From Candidatus Eiseniibacteriota bacterium (GTDB lineage: Bacteria > Eisenbacteria > RBG-16-71-46): 64,000 nt of DNA. This document shows, one piece after another, positions 32,149-42,144 of the stretch. The notes under the pieces are model-generated. The model saw only the letters and a list, made by a program, of their open reading frames with translations, was not told where the DNA came from and did no database searches. The stretch is taken from NCBI GenBank assembly GCA_963717935.1, contig CAVQXP010000004.1:1248001-1312000 (forward strand). The letters are read 5' to 3'. Both the position numbers and the translations under genes were made by a program. The number at the start of each line of letters is the position of its first letter. The stretch's first letter is position 1.

Positions 32149-32580
32149 TTGCCTTTCTGCAATCTCCGCCTTGTTGGCCGCCGACCTCGTGTGTTCCCAA
32201 GGGGTTACCCGCAGGCGCCCCGGTCGCTCGGGGAGCGCATACGCCAGCGACGGATGGACCTGGGGCTGACGCAACGAACCCTTGCCGAGCGGCAGGGCTG
32301 CTGGCCGGAGACGGTCGCGGCGTGGGAAAGGGGCGAGAGCGAGCCACTGGCCCGGCGGTGGCCAGCGATCGAGGCGGTCCTCGGAACGGGGCTCGTCCTG
32401 GAATGGGGCGGCCTCCCGGGGCGGGTCCGGGCCGCCCGGCTCCGGCTGGGACTCACGCAGGAGCAGGTCGCTGCCCGTACCGGGCTCGATCCTCGGACGG
32501 TTCGGAACGTCGAGACCGGGCGGCATGGGCCGAGCCGGAGGACTGCCGAGCGGTTGGCGGCGGTCCTCGGCACACTGTGA
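32149..32580 (+). CDS. tandem XRE/HTH_3 transcriptional regulator
   Basis: Two XRE repeats: SLGERIRQRRMDLGLTQ..WERGESEP and RVRAARLRLGLTQEQVA..VETGRHGP; start uncertain (TTG 32149 or GTG 32191). Confidence 0.8.
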   Translation: MPFCNLRLVGRRPRVFPRGYPQAPRSLGERIRQRRMDLGLTQRTLAERQGCWPETVAAWERGESEPLARRWPAIEAVLGTGLVLEWGGLPGRVRAARLRLGLTQEQVAARTGLDPRTVRNVETGRHGPSRRTAERLAAVLGTL

Positions 32581-35006
32581 GCCCCAGCCCGCCAATGAGG
32601 GCGGGACGAGCGTTGCGGCTCGGCTTCGCCGCCCGGAAACTTCCCTTGCCCGCCGTCTGCCATGGGGGTGTACTGTGCAACGGACGCACGCCCCGCCGCG
32701 GAAACAAGGACTGCTGACCACCGGACCTCATCTCCGACTCTCTGGCACGGCGGGATCGTGGGGGCCGCCGGCGGGACTCGACTCGCTAATCGAAATGAGT
32801 GCGCAAGCGCCCGCTGGCTTGTTGGCGTGCGGAATCACACGTGTTCTGACGATGGGAGGCCCACCCATGACAATCAGACTGGCTGTCTTGGTGCTGGTGT
32901 TCGCCGCGTTCCATCCCTTGCCCGTGGTGGCGCGAACTCCGACCAACGATGCGGCCGCCTTCCGCACCTTTGATCTTTACTCGGACCGCGCCGGGGCGGT
33001 AGGGACTCTGGATCACCTCAACTTCTCCTCCTCCTACCCTTCCTACCTGATCAGTCCCGCCTACATGGTGATCCACACGGTCGGAGGCGTTCCCGATACG
33101 GTTGCGCTCCTTCACCTGCAGCCGAACGATGCCACGGGGATGGAGGTGAACGGGAGTACCCCGACGTCCTACGCCGAGTACGCGGTGGTACCGCCAATAC
33201 TCGCCACCTCCATCAGCGTCAGCGTCAACGCCGATGTCGTCTTCGCGGGGCTCGGTCAGTACTACGACTTCCTGAAGCCCCTGGCCACGATCACGGTCAC
33301 CTACGAAGACGCTTCGACGTGGATGGACACGTTGCGCGTGGGCCAACACATCAGGACCTGGCTGAGCGGGAGCATCACCTGTTTGGGGGATCTCTGGTAC
33401 ACCTACAACACGCCGCCGTTCGACCAGTACGCGGTCCCTCTGTATGCCAGCGGGGGCGTGTTCATGGACATGCAAGAGGTCCGGCTCCCGCACGTGCCCA
33501 AGAAGATAGCCCTGATCCGAGTGCAAGCCATCGCGCTCGACCACTTCTGCAGCATCTACAATCCGCACCTCTACGCTGGCTACCATCTCCACGCTGTCTC
33601 GATCTGGCCGACGTTCAACGTCGCAAACGCCTCGTCGCAGCCTGTCGTGTGGCAGTCCCAGTTCACGAACGTGGACCACGGCGGCTACATGTTCGGCGGC
33701 ATCCCCGTCGGCACCCGACGACTGATGAACCAGACCGCGTGTCAGGTCGCATCCCAGGCGATGTGCTACACGTACAGTGGCTTCAATTGCACGCCGACAG
33801 CTCTCAACACGTATCTTCAGCAGAATAGAGGCTACGTGCCAGATCAAGTGGCCATCGTGACGTCCGTCGCACCGGGCGGAGCCTCGATTCGCTATACGGC
33901 TACAGGAAAGACAACTCTGAAGGTCGGCGACAGATTCCTCGTTGAGCACGGCACCTACACGAACCCGCTCGCAACGTACCAGGTGACGGTCGCGGGTCGC
34001 CTTGGCCAAGCATCTCGCGTCGCAACCCACAACGCGGCTGTTCCCTCGGGCGACGATCCCGGTCGTGTGTACTGGAAGATGAAGCCTCGGGTTGCCGACG
34101 GGTTCACCAGCAGCCCACAGCTTCGCTCGATTGACCTCTACGACTCGCCGCAGCTTGCTGCTCAGGTCGAGAGCCTGCTCGTGCGGGACATCGCGGTGCA
34201 ACTGAACGTGCCCGACCACTTCGTCGTCGCGTCGGGCTGGACCTCGTCGTTCCGCCCGGATGGCAGCGCACGAGGGACCTACGCGATCAAGGACCCCTTC
34301 GACGACAGGGACTACACCAAGCTCATCGAAGGGAAGTACGCCAACAAGTTCGCGATGGCCCGCTACGTTGTCCCGACTGGCGCGCTGGAGGTGGCGGGCA
34401 GTGTCGCGGCGCTGAGTGACCCCCCGGGGCTTGGCATCCTCGCCAGTGGCGCTCGCCGCGTCGAGGTCATCGACCCGCTCGGCCGACACATGCTGCGCGA
34501 CGCCAGTACGGGGGAAGGCATCTACGAGATTCCGGACGCCTGCATCGAGGACGTCTCCTCAGAGCACGACAACGGCGGGGACGTGGACGACCCGCTGACC
34601 GGCTACGACATTGAGATTCCGACGACGGTCGATGGGCACTACACGGTGACCGCGTACTCAGACGACGGCCTCTCGCTGAGCGCGAACGGCTACACGTCGT
34701 CGGGCATCTTCGCTTCGGACGGCGCCGTGGACACGACTGCGGCGCCCGTGGGCAATATCTACGACGTGCTCTACTCGGGGTCGGGGCAATCGGTCTCGGT
34801 AAGCCACACCGCCACGCTTGGCGTGAACATCACGTCGCCCCTGTTCGGCCCGAGCCGTCTGCGGGTGCGCCAGAGCCCTGCTACGGGTCCCGTGGAGTTC
34901 GTCATCATTGCCGCGGAGATGACCGCAGACGTCATCGACGTGTTCGACGTTAGTGGTCGCCGTGTGGACGCGGTGCAGGTGGACGGCGGCACAGGCACGC
35001 GGACGA

Positions 35007-36278
35007 TGCTTTGACCCCCAGTTCAGCGAGACACCTCCGCAGGGTACCATTGAGGTCCTGGGAGGGCAGTCATGGAGAACGTGGCCAAGGGTTCCGATGG
35101 GCGCCGACTGTTCACCGCCGAGTTCAAGCGCACGCAGATCGATCGGATCTTGAAGGGGGAGATCACCGCCGCGGAGCTGAGTCGTGAGCTCGGCGTGGCG
35201 CGCACGCTGATCCAGCGCTGGAAGTACTTGGTTACCAAGGGGGCGGAGGCCGCGGTGGGCTCGAACGGCGAGGTCGTCGCCGTGGCCGAGCTGCGGGCGG
35301 CGCAGGGGCGGATCAAGGAACTCGAGCGGCTGGTGGGTAAACAGGCCATGGAGTTGGAGATCCTGCGCGTGGCGCGCGACGAGGTAAAAAAAAGACCGCG
35401 CTACTACGGCGTGTCCGCGAAGCGACCGGAGGGTCGGTCGCGATGATCTGCCGCACGCTGCACATCGGCCGCGCGACGGCCTACCGCAAGGATCGCCCGC
35501 GACCTCGGCGCTATCGCCGGCAGGAGGACGAAGTGGTGCTGGCCCAACTGCGGCAGATGCTACGCGAGCGCGCCAGCTACGGCTATCGCCGCGCCCGCCG
35601 GATCGTCAATCGCCAGTTCGGCACCACCTACAACCGCAAGCGGATCCAGCGGGTGATGCGCCTCTATGGCCTGGCACTGCCGGTCCGGGGTCGCCGTCGC
35701 CGCGGGCGCCGGCACGAGGGCCAGGTCGAGTGCGTGATCTCGAACCAGCGGTGGTGCTCGGACGTGCTGGAGATCGCGTGCTGGAACGGCGAGGTCGTGC
35801 ACCTGGCGTTCGCGCTCGACTGCTGCGACCGCGAGGTCCCGGCCCACGTCGCGACGCCGTACCCGACGTCGGGGATCGAGATCCGCCGGCTGATCCGCAA
35901 GACCGTCTTCGCGCGCTACGGGAACGAGAAGCCCGCGGTGCCGATCGAGTGGCTCACCGACAATGAGGGGATCTACACCGCACTCGAGACGGTGATCGAG
36001 GCCGAGCGGCACCACCTGGCGCCGATCACGACGCCGGTGGCGAGCCCGGAATCCAACGGCATGGCCGAGGCGTTCGTGAACACCTTCAAGCGCGACTACG
36101 TGGCAGGTGGCGACTTGGCCTCGGCGGCACGCGTGCTGGAGCAGATCCCTGGCTGGATCGAAGACTACAACACCTTCGCGCCGCACTCCTCGCTCGGGAT
36201 GCTGTCCCCGGCCGAGTTCCGACTCGAACAGCAGACAGTTGCAGACACCGGGTGTCTCACGAAATAGGGGTCAAAGCA
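35007..36278 (+). mobile_element. IS3-family element (IS2-like), 1272 bp
   Basis: IRs TGCTTTGACCCC..GAGACACC at both ends; target duplication ACGA (35003-35006 and 36279-36282); precise excision restores the host reading frame. Confidence 0.95.
35072..36267 (+). CDS. IS transposase OrfA (35072-35446) and OrfB (35443-36267), probable -1 frameshift
   Basis: RRLFTAEFK HTH; SNQRWCSD, WLTDN, ESNGMAEAFVNTFKRDY; A8G at 35386-35394. Confidence 0.93.
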
Positions 36279-36388
36279 ACGATCACATGGGACTGGCGCA
36301 CAATCGGCACCCGCTCTGGCGTCTACCTCGCCCGGCTGCGCTCTCGGGCCAACGAGACGGCTCGGTTCGTCATCCTCCGTTGACGAAC

Positions 36389-37003
36389 ATGAAGCGAGCG
36401 TTCTACGGGGTAGTGGCCTGCGTGGTCCTGGGCGTGGGAGCATGCGCGTTGCGCTCCAGCGCGCCCTCCAGCACTTCCGGGAAGTTCTTGCAGGTGCTCG
36501 TGAGCATCTACGCCTTCGGTGATGCGCGTGTGGGTGCTGTGCTCATCGACCGCGAGGGCCGCCGAACGGGCTGGAACGTTGATCGACCGATCCGGCAGAT
36601 ACCGGGAGTGTTGAACGGGTACGGCTCCGACGTGGGCATTACTGACGAGAGCACGCCGGCGGATACGACGGAACCACCCCCCGCTGACACGGTACCCGGA
36701 CATCCCGAGCCGACGCCCATTTACTACTACCTCTCGATTCAGGATTCAGCAGGAACACCCGGCCTGCTCCGGGAGGGCGGGTGTGAGCTCCGCCTCGTCC
36801 CCGTTGCGGGAGGTCGCGTCAGCCTCGCGATTACCGGGACGGGGGCCGGATTCAGCCCGTGCCAAGACACGACCTCGTTCACGGTCACACCTGGCGTCCC
36901 CACGCGATGGTGGCTGAGTTGGAGCAAGAGTGGGAACAAGTGCGTCGTGGACCTCTCCAGAATGAACCGGAGCAGGCCGCGACCTCAGTCGCGCGTCAGG
37001 TAG
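36389..37003 (+). CDS. putative lipoprotein B, co-transcribed with the C39-like gene
   Basis: Starts 5 bp after the restored stop of the C39-like gene; MKR..VGAC lipobox-like; paralog of 30923-31567. Confidence 0.8.
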   Translation: MKRAFYGVVACVVLGVGACALRSSAPSSTSGKFLQVLVSIYAFGDARVGAVLIDREGRRTGWNVDRPIRQIPGVLNGYGSDVGITDESTPADTTEPPPADTVPGHPEPTPIYYYLSIQDSAGTPGLLREGGCELRLVPVAGGRVSLAITGTGAGFSPCQDTTSFTVTPGVPTRWWLSWSKSGNKCVVDLSRMNRSRPRPQSRVR

Positions 37004-37062
37004 CATCTTTGGGCTTGCGCTTCGCGCAGGCAATGAACGAAAGCCGTGTGTTGCGGGGCTGA

Positions 37063-38577
37063 TTACCGGGCTGCGGCATGCCACCTTACTTCGGTTGCCC
37101 GGTACTGCAACGCCTCCGCCAACGCGCGCACGCTGATGCGCTCCTCGCCTGCCAAGTCCGCGATCGTGCGCGCCACGCGCGTCGCGCGGTGCACGGCCCG
37201 GGCGCTCATCCCGCCGCGGTCCACGGCGTCGGCGACGAGCCGGCGCCCGACCTGATCCAGCGCGCAGCACTCCTCGAGCCGAGCGGGCGGCAGGAGCGCG
37301 TTCAGGCAACCGCGCTCACGCTGATGCGCCCGCGCCGCAAGCACGCGCGCGCGTACCACTGCGCTCGACTCGCCCGGCATCGCCGCCTGCAGCTCGCGTG
37401 ACGTGAGCGCCGGCACCTCAATCTGAATATCAATCCGATCCAACACTGGCCCACTAACTCGCGCGTGATGTTGTGCTATATCAGTCGGAGTGCAGCGGCA
37501 GCCGCGTCGCGGATGCCCGAGCCAGCCGCACTTGCAGGGATTCATCGCCGCCACGAGCAGTGCGCGGGCGGGGAACTCGCTGGCGCCGCTGGCGCGGACG
37601 ATGGTGACCGTGCCGTTCTCGAGCGGCTGGCGCAGGGCGTCGAGCAGGCCGCGCGCGAACTCCGACAACTCGTCGAGGAAGAGCACGCCGTGGTGGGCGA
37701 GCGAGATCTCGCCGGGGCGCGGCGGGGAGCCGCCGCCCACCAGGCCCGCGGGCGAGACCGTGTGGTGCGGTGCGCGGTAGGGGCGGCGCGTCATGAGTCC
37801 CCGCCCGGGGCGGCGCAGCCCGGCGGCGGAGTGCAGGCGCGTGACCACCAGCGCCTCGTCGGGCTCGAGCGGCGGGAGGATGCCGGGCAGGCGCCTGGCG
37901 AGCATGGACTTGCCCGCGCCGGGCGGGCCGATGTAGAGCAGGTGGTGCCCGCCGGCAGCGGCGATCTCGAGCGCCCGGCGCGCCACGGCCTGCCCGCGCA
38001 CCTCGCCGAGGTCCTCGCTCGTGGCGGGCTCCGGGTCCGGCGGCGCCGGGGCCTGGCGGGGCGACTCCGCGCCGCGCAGCCACTCGACCGCCTCGTGCAG
38101 GGTGCCCACGGCGTGCACGACGAGGCCCTCGACGAGCGCGGCCTCCGGGGCGCAGGCGGAGGCGCACAGCAGGCTCGTTACGCCCGCGCGCCACAGCGCC
38201 TCGGCCAGGGGCAGGGTGCCCCGCACGCCGCGCAGGCGGCCGTCGAGCGCGATCTCGCCCAGCGCGGCCGCGTCTTCGAGACGCTCGCGCGGGGCCTGGC
38301 CGGTGGCGACCAGCACGCCGAGGGCGACGGCGAGGTCGGCCGAGGCGCCTTCCTTGCGGCGCTCGGCGGGCGCGAGGTTCACGGTGACCTTGCGGTCGGG
38401 GAGCTGGAAGCCCGCGTTGCGCAGCGCGGGCCAGACCCGGTCGCGCGCCTCGCGGCCGGTGGCGTCGGGGAGCCCGACGAGGACGAAGCCGGGCAGGCCG
38501 GGCCCGACATCCACCTCGCACTCGACCGGGAGCGCCTCCAGGCCCCAGAGGGCGGCCGTCCGCACGCGGCTCAGCAT
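37063..38577 (-). CDS. comM: ComM/YifB Mg-chelatase-like AAA+ ATPase (intact)
   Basis: VGLPD, VNLAPA, GPPGAGKSMLARRL, RAPHHT, GVLFLDEL, AMNPCKCG, SGPVLDRID. Confidence 0.95.
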   Translation of the reverse strand: MLSRVRTAALWGLEALPVECEVDVGPGLPGFVLVGLPDATGREARDRVWPALRNAGFQLPDRKVTVNLAPAERRKEGASADLAVALGVLVATGQAPRERLEDAAALGEIALDGRLRGVRGTLPLAEALWRAGVTSLLCASACAPEAALVEGLVVHAVGTLHEAVEWLRGAESPRQAPAPPDPEPATSEDLGEVRGQAVARRALEIAAAGGHHLLYIGPPGAGKSMLARRLPGILPPLEPDEALVVTRLHSAAGLRRPGRGLMTRRPYRAPHHTVSPAGLVGGGSPPRPGEISLAHHGVLFLDELSEFARGLLDALRQPLENGTVTIVRASGASEFPARALLVAAMNPCKCGWLGHPRRGCRCTPTDIAQHHARVSGPVLDRIDIQIEVPALTSRELQAAMPGESSAVVRARVLAARAHQRERGCLNALLPPARLEECCALDQVGRRLVADAVDRGGMSARAVHRATRVARTIADLAGEERISVRALAEALQYRATEVRWHAAAR

Positions 38578-38640
38578 GGGCCTGCTCCCGGGGAGGCGGG
38601 TCGCGGGGGTGACGCCCGGAGCAACGCAAGCACCGCGCCA
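38440..38640. repeat. 201-bp direct repeat, copy 1 (comM codons 1-46 plus 63 bp upstream)
   Basis: Matches 42811-43011 except one base (38632 A vs 43003 G). Confidence 0.95.
38625..38640 (-). promoter_or_regulatory. sigma54-type -24/-12 promoter of comM
   Basis: Minus strand TGGCGC-GGTGC-TTGCG with exact GG-N10-GC spacing, about 50 bp upstream of the ATG; also present in copy 2 (42996-43011). Confidence 0.6.
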
Positions 38641-38868
38641 ACCCCAGGAACGCAACGGGCTCTCAATCCCGCGCGCCGGTTCGACCCTCCAGCGTGAGCT
38701 ACAGCACGCTCCGGGGCCACGCAGACCCTCGCGGCCAGGACCAGCCTCTCGATAAGCCACGCCCCCAAAAATACCCAATGGTCGACCTCTTCTTCGGATT
38801 GCCCCGAGGACAATCACGCAGTGCTTGCGGTAGCAGGGCTCGGCCGGGCACGTGCGTATATCTTTCCC

Positions 38869-38896
38869 TTGACACTGACCTGGCGAGGAATATCTT
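38869..38896 (+). promoter_or_regulatory. sigma70-type promoter for the S8 protease gene
   Basis: TTGACA-N16-TATCTT. Confidence 0.5.
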
Positions 38897-39183
38897 CCGC
38901 ACAGGTTCTCAGGGGAACCCAAAGCAAGGGTTCACGTGACCTTGCCTAGGAGGGTTGTGATTGGTGCAACGCCTCTCTCGATTCGTGAGGCAACCGAATC
39001 GCTCCATAGTTCCAGACTACATTCTAACTGAGCGGCAGAACGCACCTCGTGACACGCGACTCACCCGTCTCCTGTCCATTCATCGTCCAATGGAGGAAGG
39101 ATGAGGAAGTAGCATGGGCCGCATCATGACCACACTACCCGGAAGTTTTCTGCGTCTCAGCAAGCCGCCCTGTGGAGGGTTCT

Positions 39184-41943
39184 ATGCGCTGGTACACAGT
39201 AGTGCTTCTCCTGGGATGTTGTGGCGTGGCATACGCAGGAGACAACCAAACGGGCCAAGCATGTCTGAGTTGGTCCGCAGAAGGCGTGGTCACAAGGGAC
39301 GACGCTGCTCCTCAAGCGCTATTCCCGGTCTTCGTACACGTTGACGGCGCTCCAAGCATCAGCGGTCTCTCTGTATGTCTCCGCTGGAACCCAAGCTCGT
39401 ACGTGTTGGTGAATCCACCGGCGGATTGGAAGGCTGATGTCGGATACAACGTTAATGTGGCTCCGCACGCCACGTTCGCAGACGACGCCGCATTTGACGC
39501 GACAATTGTCTTTCCAGCCCCTCCTGGCGATCACGCAGTCGTAGCCTATTGGTTCCGATATGCGGCCACGGGGGCACCGCCCCCTGCCACGTTCTGCCTC
39601 GCTCAAGTCAAGGCAATGGATGGCGCTGGCGCAATCGATGATCTCGCGCTGCTTGATGGATTGAGTCTGGGCGGCCGCGCCGTGACTGACGGGTGTCCGC
39701 CGACTCCTTCGCACATTGCCAGGGGAAAGCTGCTCGTGCTGATGCGTGCGGAGGCTCTCAGCTCAGGGAGTGACCAGGAGCTAGCGTCCCCTGAGCAACT
39801 GTTGGCTTCTCGCGGAGCAGCAGACTCCCTTGCCGCCGCCGGGGTGCTTGCCATGGTGCGGATCTCCCCGGTGGGCCTGAGCGGCGGCACGTGTTCGCGC
39901 AATCTGATCGGTGAACCGATTGTGCTGCCTGACCCCGGCGCGGTCTACGTGGCCCATCTGCGTCCTGACGTTCTGGCGAAACGTGCCGCATTCGCGCTCT
40001 CGGACGTTAGCGCCGTCAGATCCGCACGACCAATTCCCCTCGTGCAACTCTACCACACGCCACAGGATCCTATGTTCAGCCGGCAATGGGCGCTCAGCAA
40101 CACGTCCCAGACCTATGGCTGTACGCTTCCTGCCTTCAATGCGAACACAGATATTCATCTGCCTGCTGCACTGGACATGACGGTCGCTCGTGGAGCTGGG
40201 GTGCGCGTCGGGGTATTGGACTCAGGGGTTCAAAGTGACCACCCGGAGCTTATAGGTCGCGTTGAGGCAGGTCACAACGCCATAGCACACTCATATGGGT
40301 TGGACTGGGCGACTGAAGACAGCACGTCGCACGGCACGGCGGTGGCCGGCATCATCGCGGCTGCAAGTGACAACGGCATTGGTATAGCTGGCATCGCGGA
40401 TGCCGCGACGATCGTGCCAATCCGCCTTAACTCCGGATACTACTTTCCGCTGGAGGTTGGGACCAGTTGCATGTCTGACTTCCCCAGCTTCCCGCTAGAT
40501 GCTGCGCTAGACGGGTTATGGTGGGCGACTGATTCTACGTCGACGATACCGATTCTCAACATGTCGTGGGGCACCGTAGCTCCGGAGGAGTACACTCCCT
40601 ATCTTGCGACGGCCTGCCTTGCGGGACTGTTGAAGGGGCAGTTTCTGGTTGCGGCATCTGGAAACGACAACTGGGGCCATCCCGACTGGGTTCCGGCACC
40701 AGCCAGGTACGCGAAGCGGGTGTTTTCGGTCGGGGCGGTCTTCGGTAATGGTCTGCGATGGGATGACCGAGTGCTCCCCCAGCCGCTAGGTGGCTGGGGA
40801 ATGTTCAGCGCGTTGTCAAGCTGGGTGTTGGGCTACCCGGTCCCCATCGGCTCGAACTGGGGCCCTCACCTAACTGCCGTGGCCCCTGGCGGACACATGA
40901 TCGCTGCGCTGCGTATGTACACCTTGGTCGACTCGCTCTATCGCTGGAAATACATTTTCGACTGCGCCCACAAGTATTTCGAAGTTGACTCGTGTGGCGT
41001 GAGTTATGCAGACATGGACTCCGTGGAATTCGGTGGGACATCTGCGGCGGCGCCAACCGTTGCGGGTGTGGCCGCTCTGATACTCGGAGAGCATCTAGGG
41101 GCCTTGGTGGGCGAGGACATAACCCAAACACTTATCCGGACGGCGGTGGATCCGATCACTGGCGCTCCAAGCAGTGGGAGAAGCGACACGTTAGGGGCAG
41201 GGATGATCCGTGCCGACCGGGCACTGGCCTTTCTCGCTTCCCCGAAAATCATCGATCATCCCCGTGCCACCAGCCTCGCTGTTGCGGACGTAGACACGGT
41301 ACAGGTCAGCTTCACAGGAGGCACGCCCGGGATTCCTGATGGCCAGTACGATGCTGTTAGGTATCGCCTGGCCGGTCGCGCAGCGTTCTCTCAAGCGTTG
41401 TACGCAGATACTGGGTCGACATGGGTGCGGGCATCAGGAACTCAAGGCATGCTGGATGTCTCTACGTACAACTACTTGGCGGATGTGCCGTTTGGGCGAA
41501 TCACGTCCATAGACACATTGGGCGTTGACGTGGAGACCTTTGTCTACCAGGTCTTGAGTGGTGGCAACGTGCTCGCGTGGTATCCGTGCGACACCGCGTC
41601 AGCCGCGGTGGCAACGACTGCTGTCGGGTATCCCCCCGCCGTAGCGGGAGTGGGTGTAGAGCCTGCGCTTCGCTTTGGAATCACGGTTTCCCCTACCCCA
41701 ACCCGAGGACGGGCAGTGCTGAGCCTCCTCTGCCCGGGGCCGGCAATTGTCGAGGCAGGTATCTACGACGTGCAGGGGCGGGTTGTGCGTCACCTTGGTC
41801 GTCGGTCAGTGGCAGGAGGAACTGTGCAGTATGTCTGGGACGGTCGGCGAGATGACGGTGGATATGCAGCGGACGGCGTGTACTATGCGCGCGGGATCGC
41901 CAATGCTCAGTCGAAGGTCGTAAGGGTTGTCTTACTCAGATGA
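39184..41943 (+). CDS. secreted S8 (subtilisin-like) serine protease with C-terminal FlgD-Ig/CTD-like domain
   Basis: Signal peptide; triad VLDSG, SHGTAVAG, GGTSAAAP; oxyanion ASGN; tail IYDVQGRVVR..WDGR..GVYY..VVLLR. Confidence 0.92.
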   Translation: MRWYTVVLLLGCCGVAYAGDNQTGQACLSWSAEGVVTRDDAAPQALFPVFVHVDGAPSISGLSVCLRWNPSSYVLVNPPADWKADVGYNVNVAPHATFADDAAFDATIVFPAPPGDHAVVAYWFRYAATGAPPPATFCLAQVKAMDGAGAIDDLALLDGLSLGGRAVTDGCPPTPSHIARGKLLVLMRAEALSSGSDQELASPEQLLASRGAADSLAAAGVLAMVRISPVGLSGGTCSRNLIGEPIVLPDPGAVYVAHLRPDVLAKRAAFALSDVSAVRSARPIPLVQLYHTPQDPMFSRQWALSNTSQTYGCTLPAFNANTDIHLPAALDMTVARGAGVRVGVLDSGVQSDHPELIGRVEAGHNAIAHSYGLDWATEDSTSHGTAVAGIIAAASDNGIGIAGIADAATIVPIRLNSGYYFPLEVGTSCMSDFPSFPLDAALDGLWWATDSTSTIPILNMSWGTVAPEEYTPYLATACLAGLLKGQFLVAASGNDNWGHPDWVPAPARYAKRVFSVGAVFGNGLRWDDRVLPQPLGGWGMFSALSSWVLGYPVPIGSNWGPHLTAVAPGGHMIAALRMYTLVDSLYRWKYIFDCAHKYFEVDSCGVSYADMDSVEFGGTSAAAPTVAGVAALILGEHLGALVGEDITQTLIRTAVDPITGAPSSGRSDTLGAGMIRADRALAFLASPKIIDHPRATSLAVADVDTVQVSFTGGTPGIPDGQYDAVRYRLAGRAAFSQALYADTGSTWVRASGTQGMLDVSTYNYLADVPFGRITSIDTLGVDVETFVYQVLSGGNVLAWYPCDTASAAVATTAVGYPPAVAGVGVEPALRFGITVSPTPTRGRAVLSLLCPGPAIVEAGIYDVQGRVVRHLGRRSVAGGTVQYVWDGRRDDGGYAADGVYYARGIANAQSKVVRVVLLR

Positions 41944-42144
41944 TAGCCGAGCTATCACATGCCCGATCGATGGCGTCGGACGGTTGAGGACTCACCCACG
42001 GCCACCCGGACGAGGGACGTGCTCGGGGCGTTTCGTCTATTGACGCGATGGGATCTTTGGCGCATGCTTGTTGTGGCCGGGACAGGGGCAACCTGTCGTC
42101 ACTTGCCTCTGAAATCGGTCGGAGGCAATTGTTCGGGAGGAACC

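Larger units (their letters stand above)
32867..36383 (+). pseudogene. secreted C39-like cysteine-peptidase protein with FlgD/CTD-like tail, interrupted near its 3' end by an IS
   Basis: GGAGG RBS, signal peptide; TACQVASQAM..TPTALNTYL..GY, HFVV, IKDP; removing the IS restores ..RTITWDWR..SGVYLARLR..RFVILR-stop (36381-36383). Confidence 0.8.
32141..37536. mobile_element. putative integrated cassette 1 in comM (XRE regulator, C39-like protein, lipoprotein, replacement comM 3' end)
   Basis: Bounded by comM 3' repeats with a 20-bp identical core CCGAGCCAGCCGCACTTGCA (32121-32140 / 37517-37536); lower-GC cargo; no integrase gene. Confidence 0.7.

Noticed and set aside
32282..32866. N-terminal 195 aa of the 910-aa ORF call
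   Set aside because: Overlaps the XRE gene; the real start is ATG 32867, which has a GGAGG RBS followed by a signal peptide
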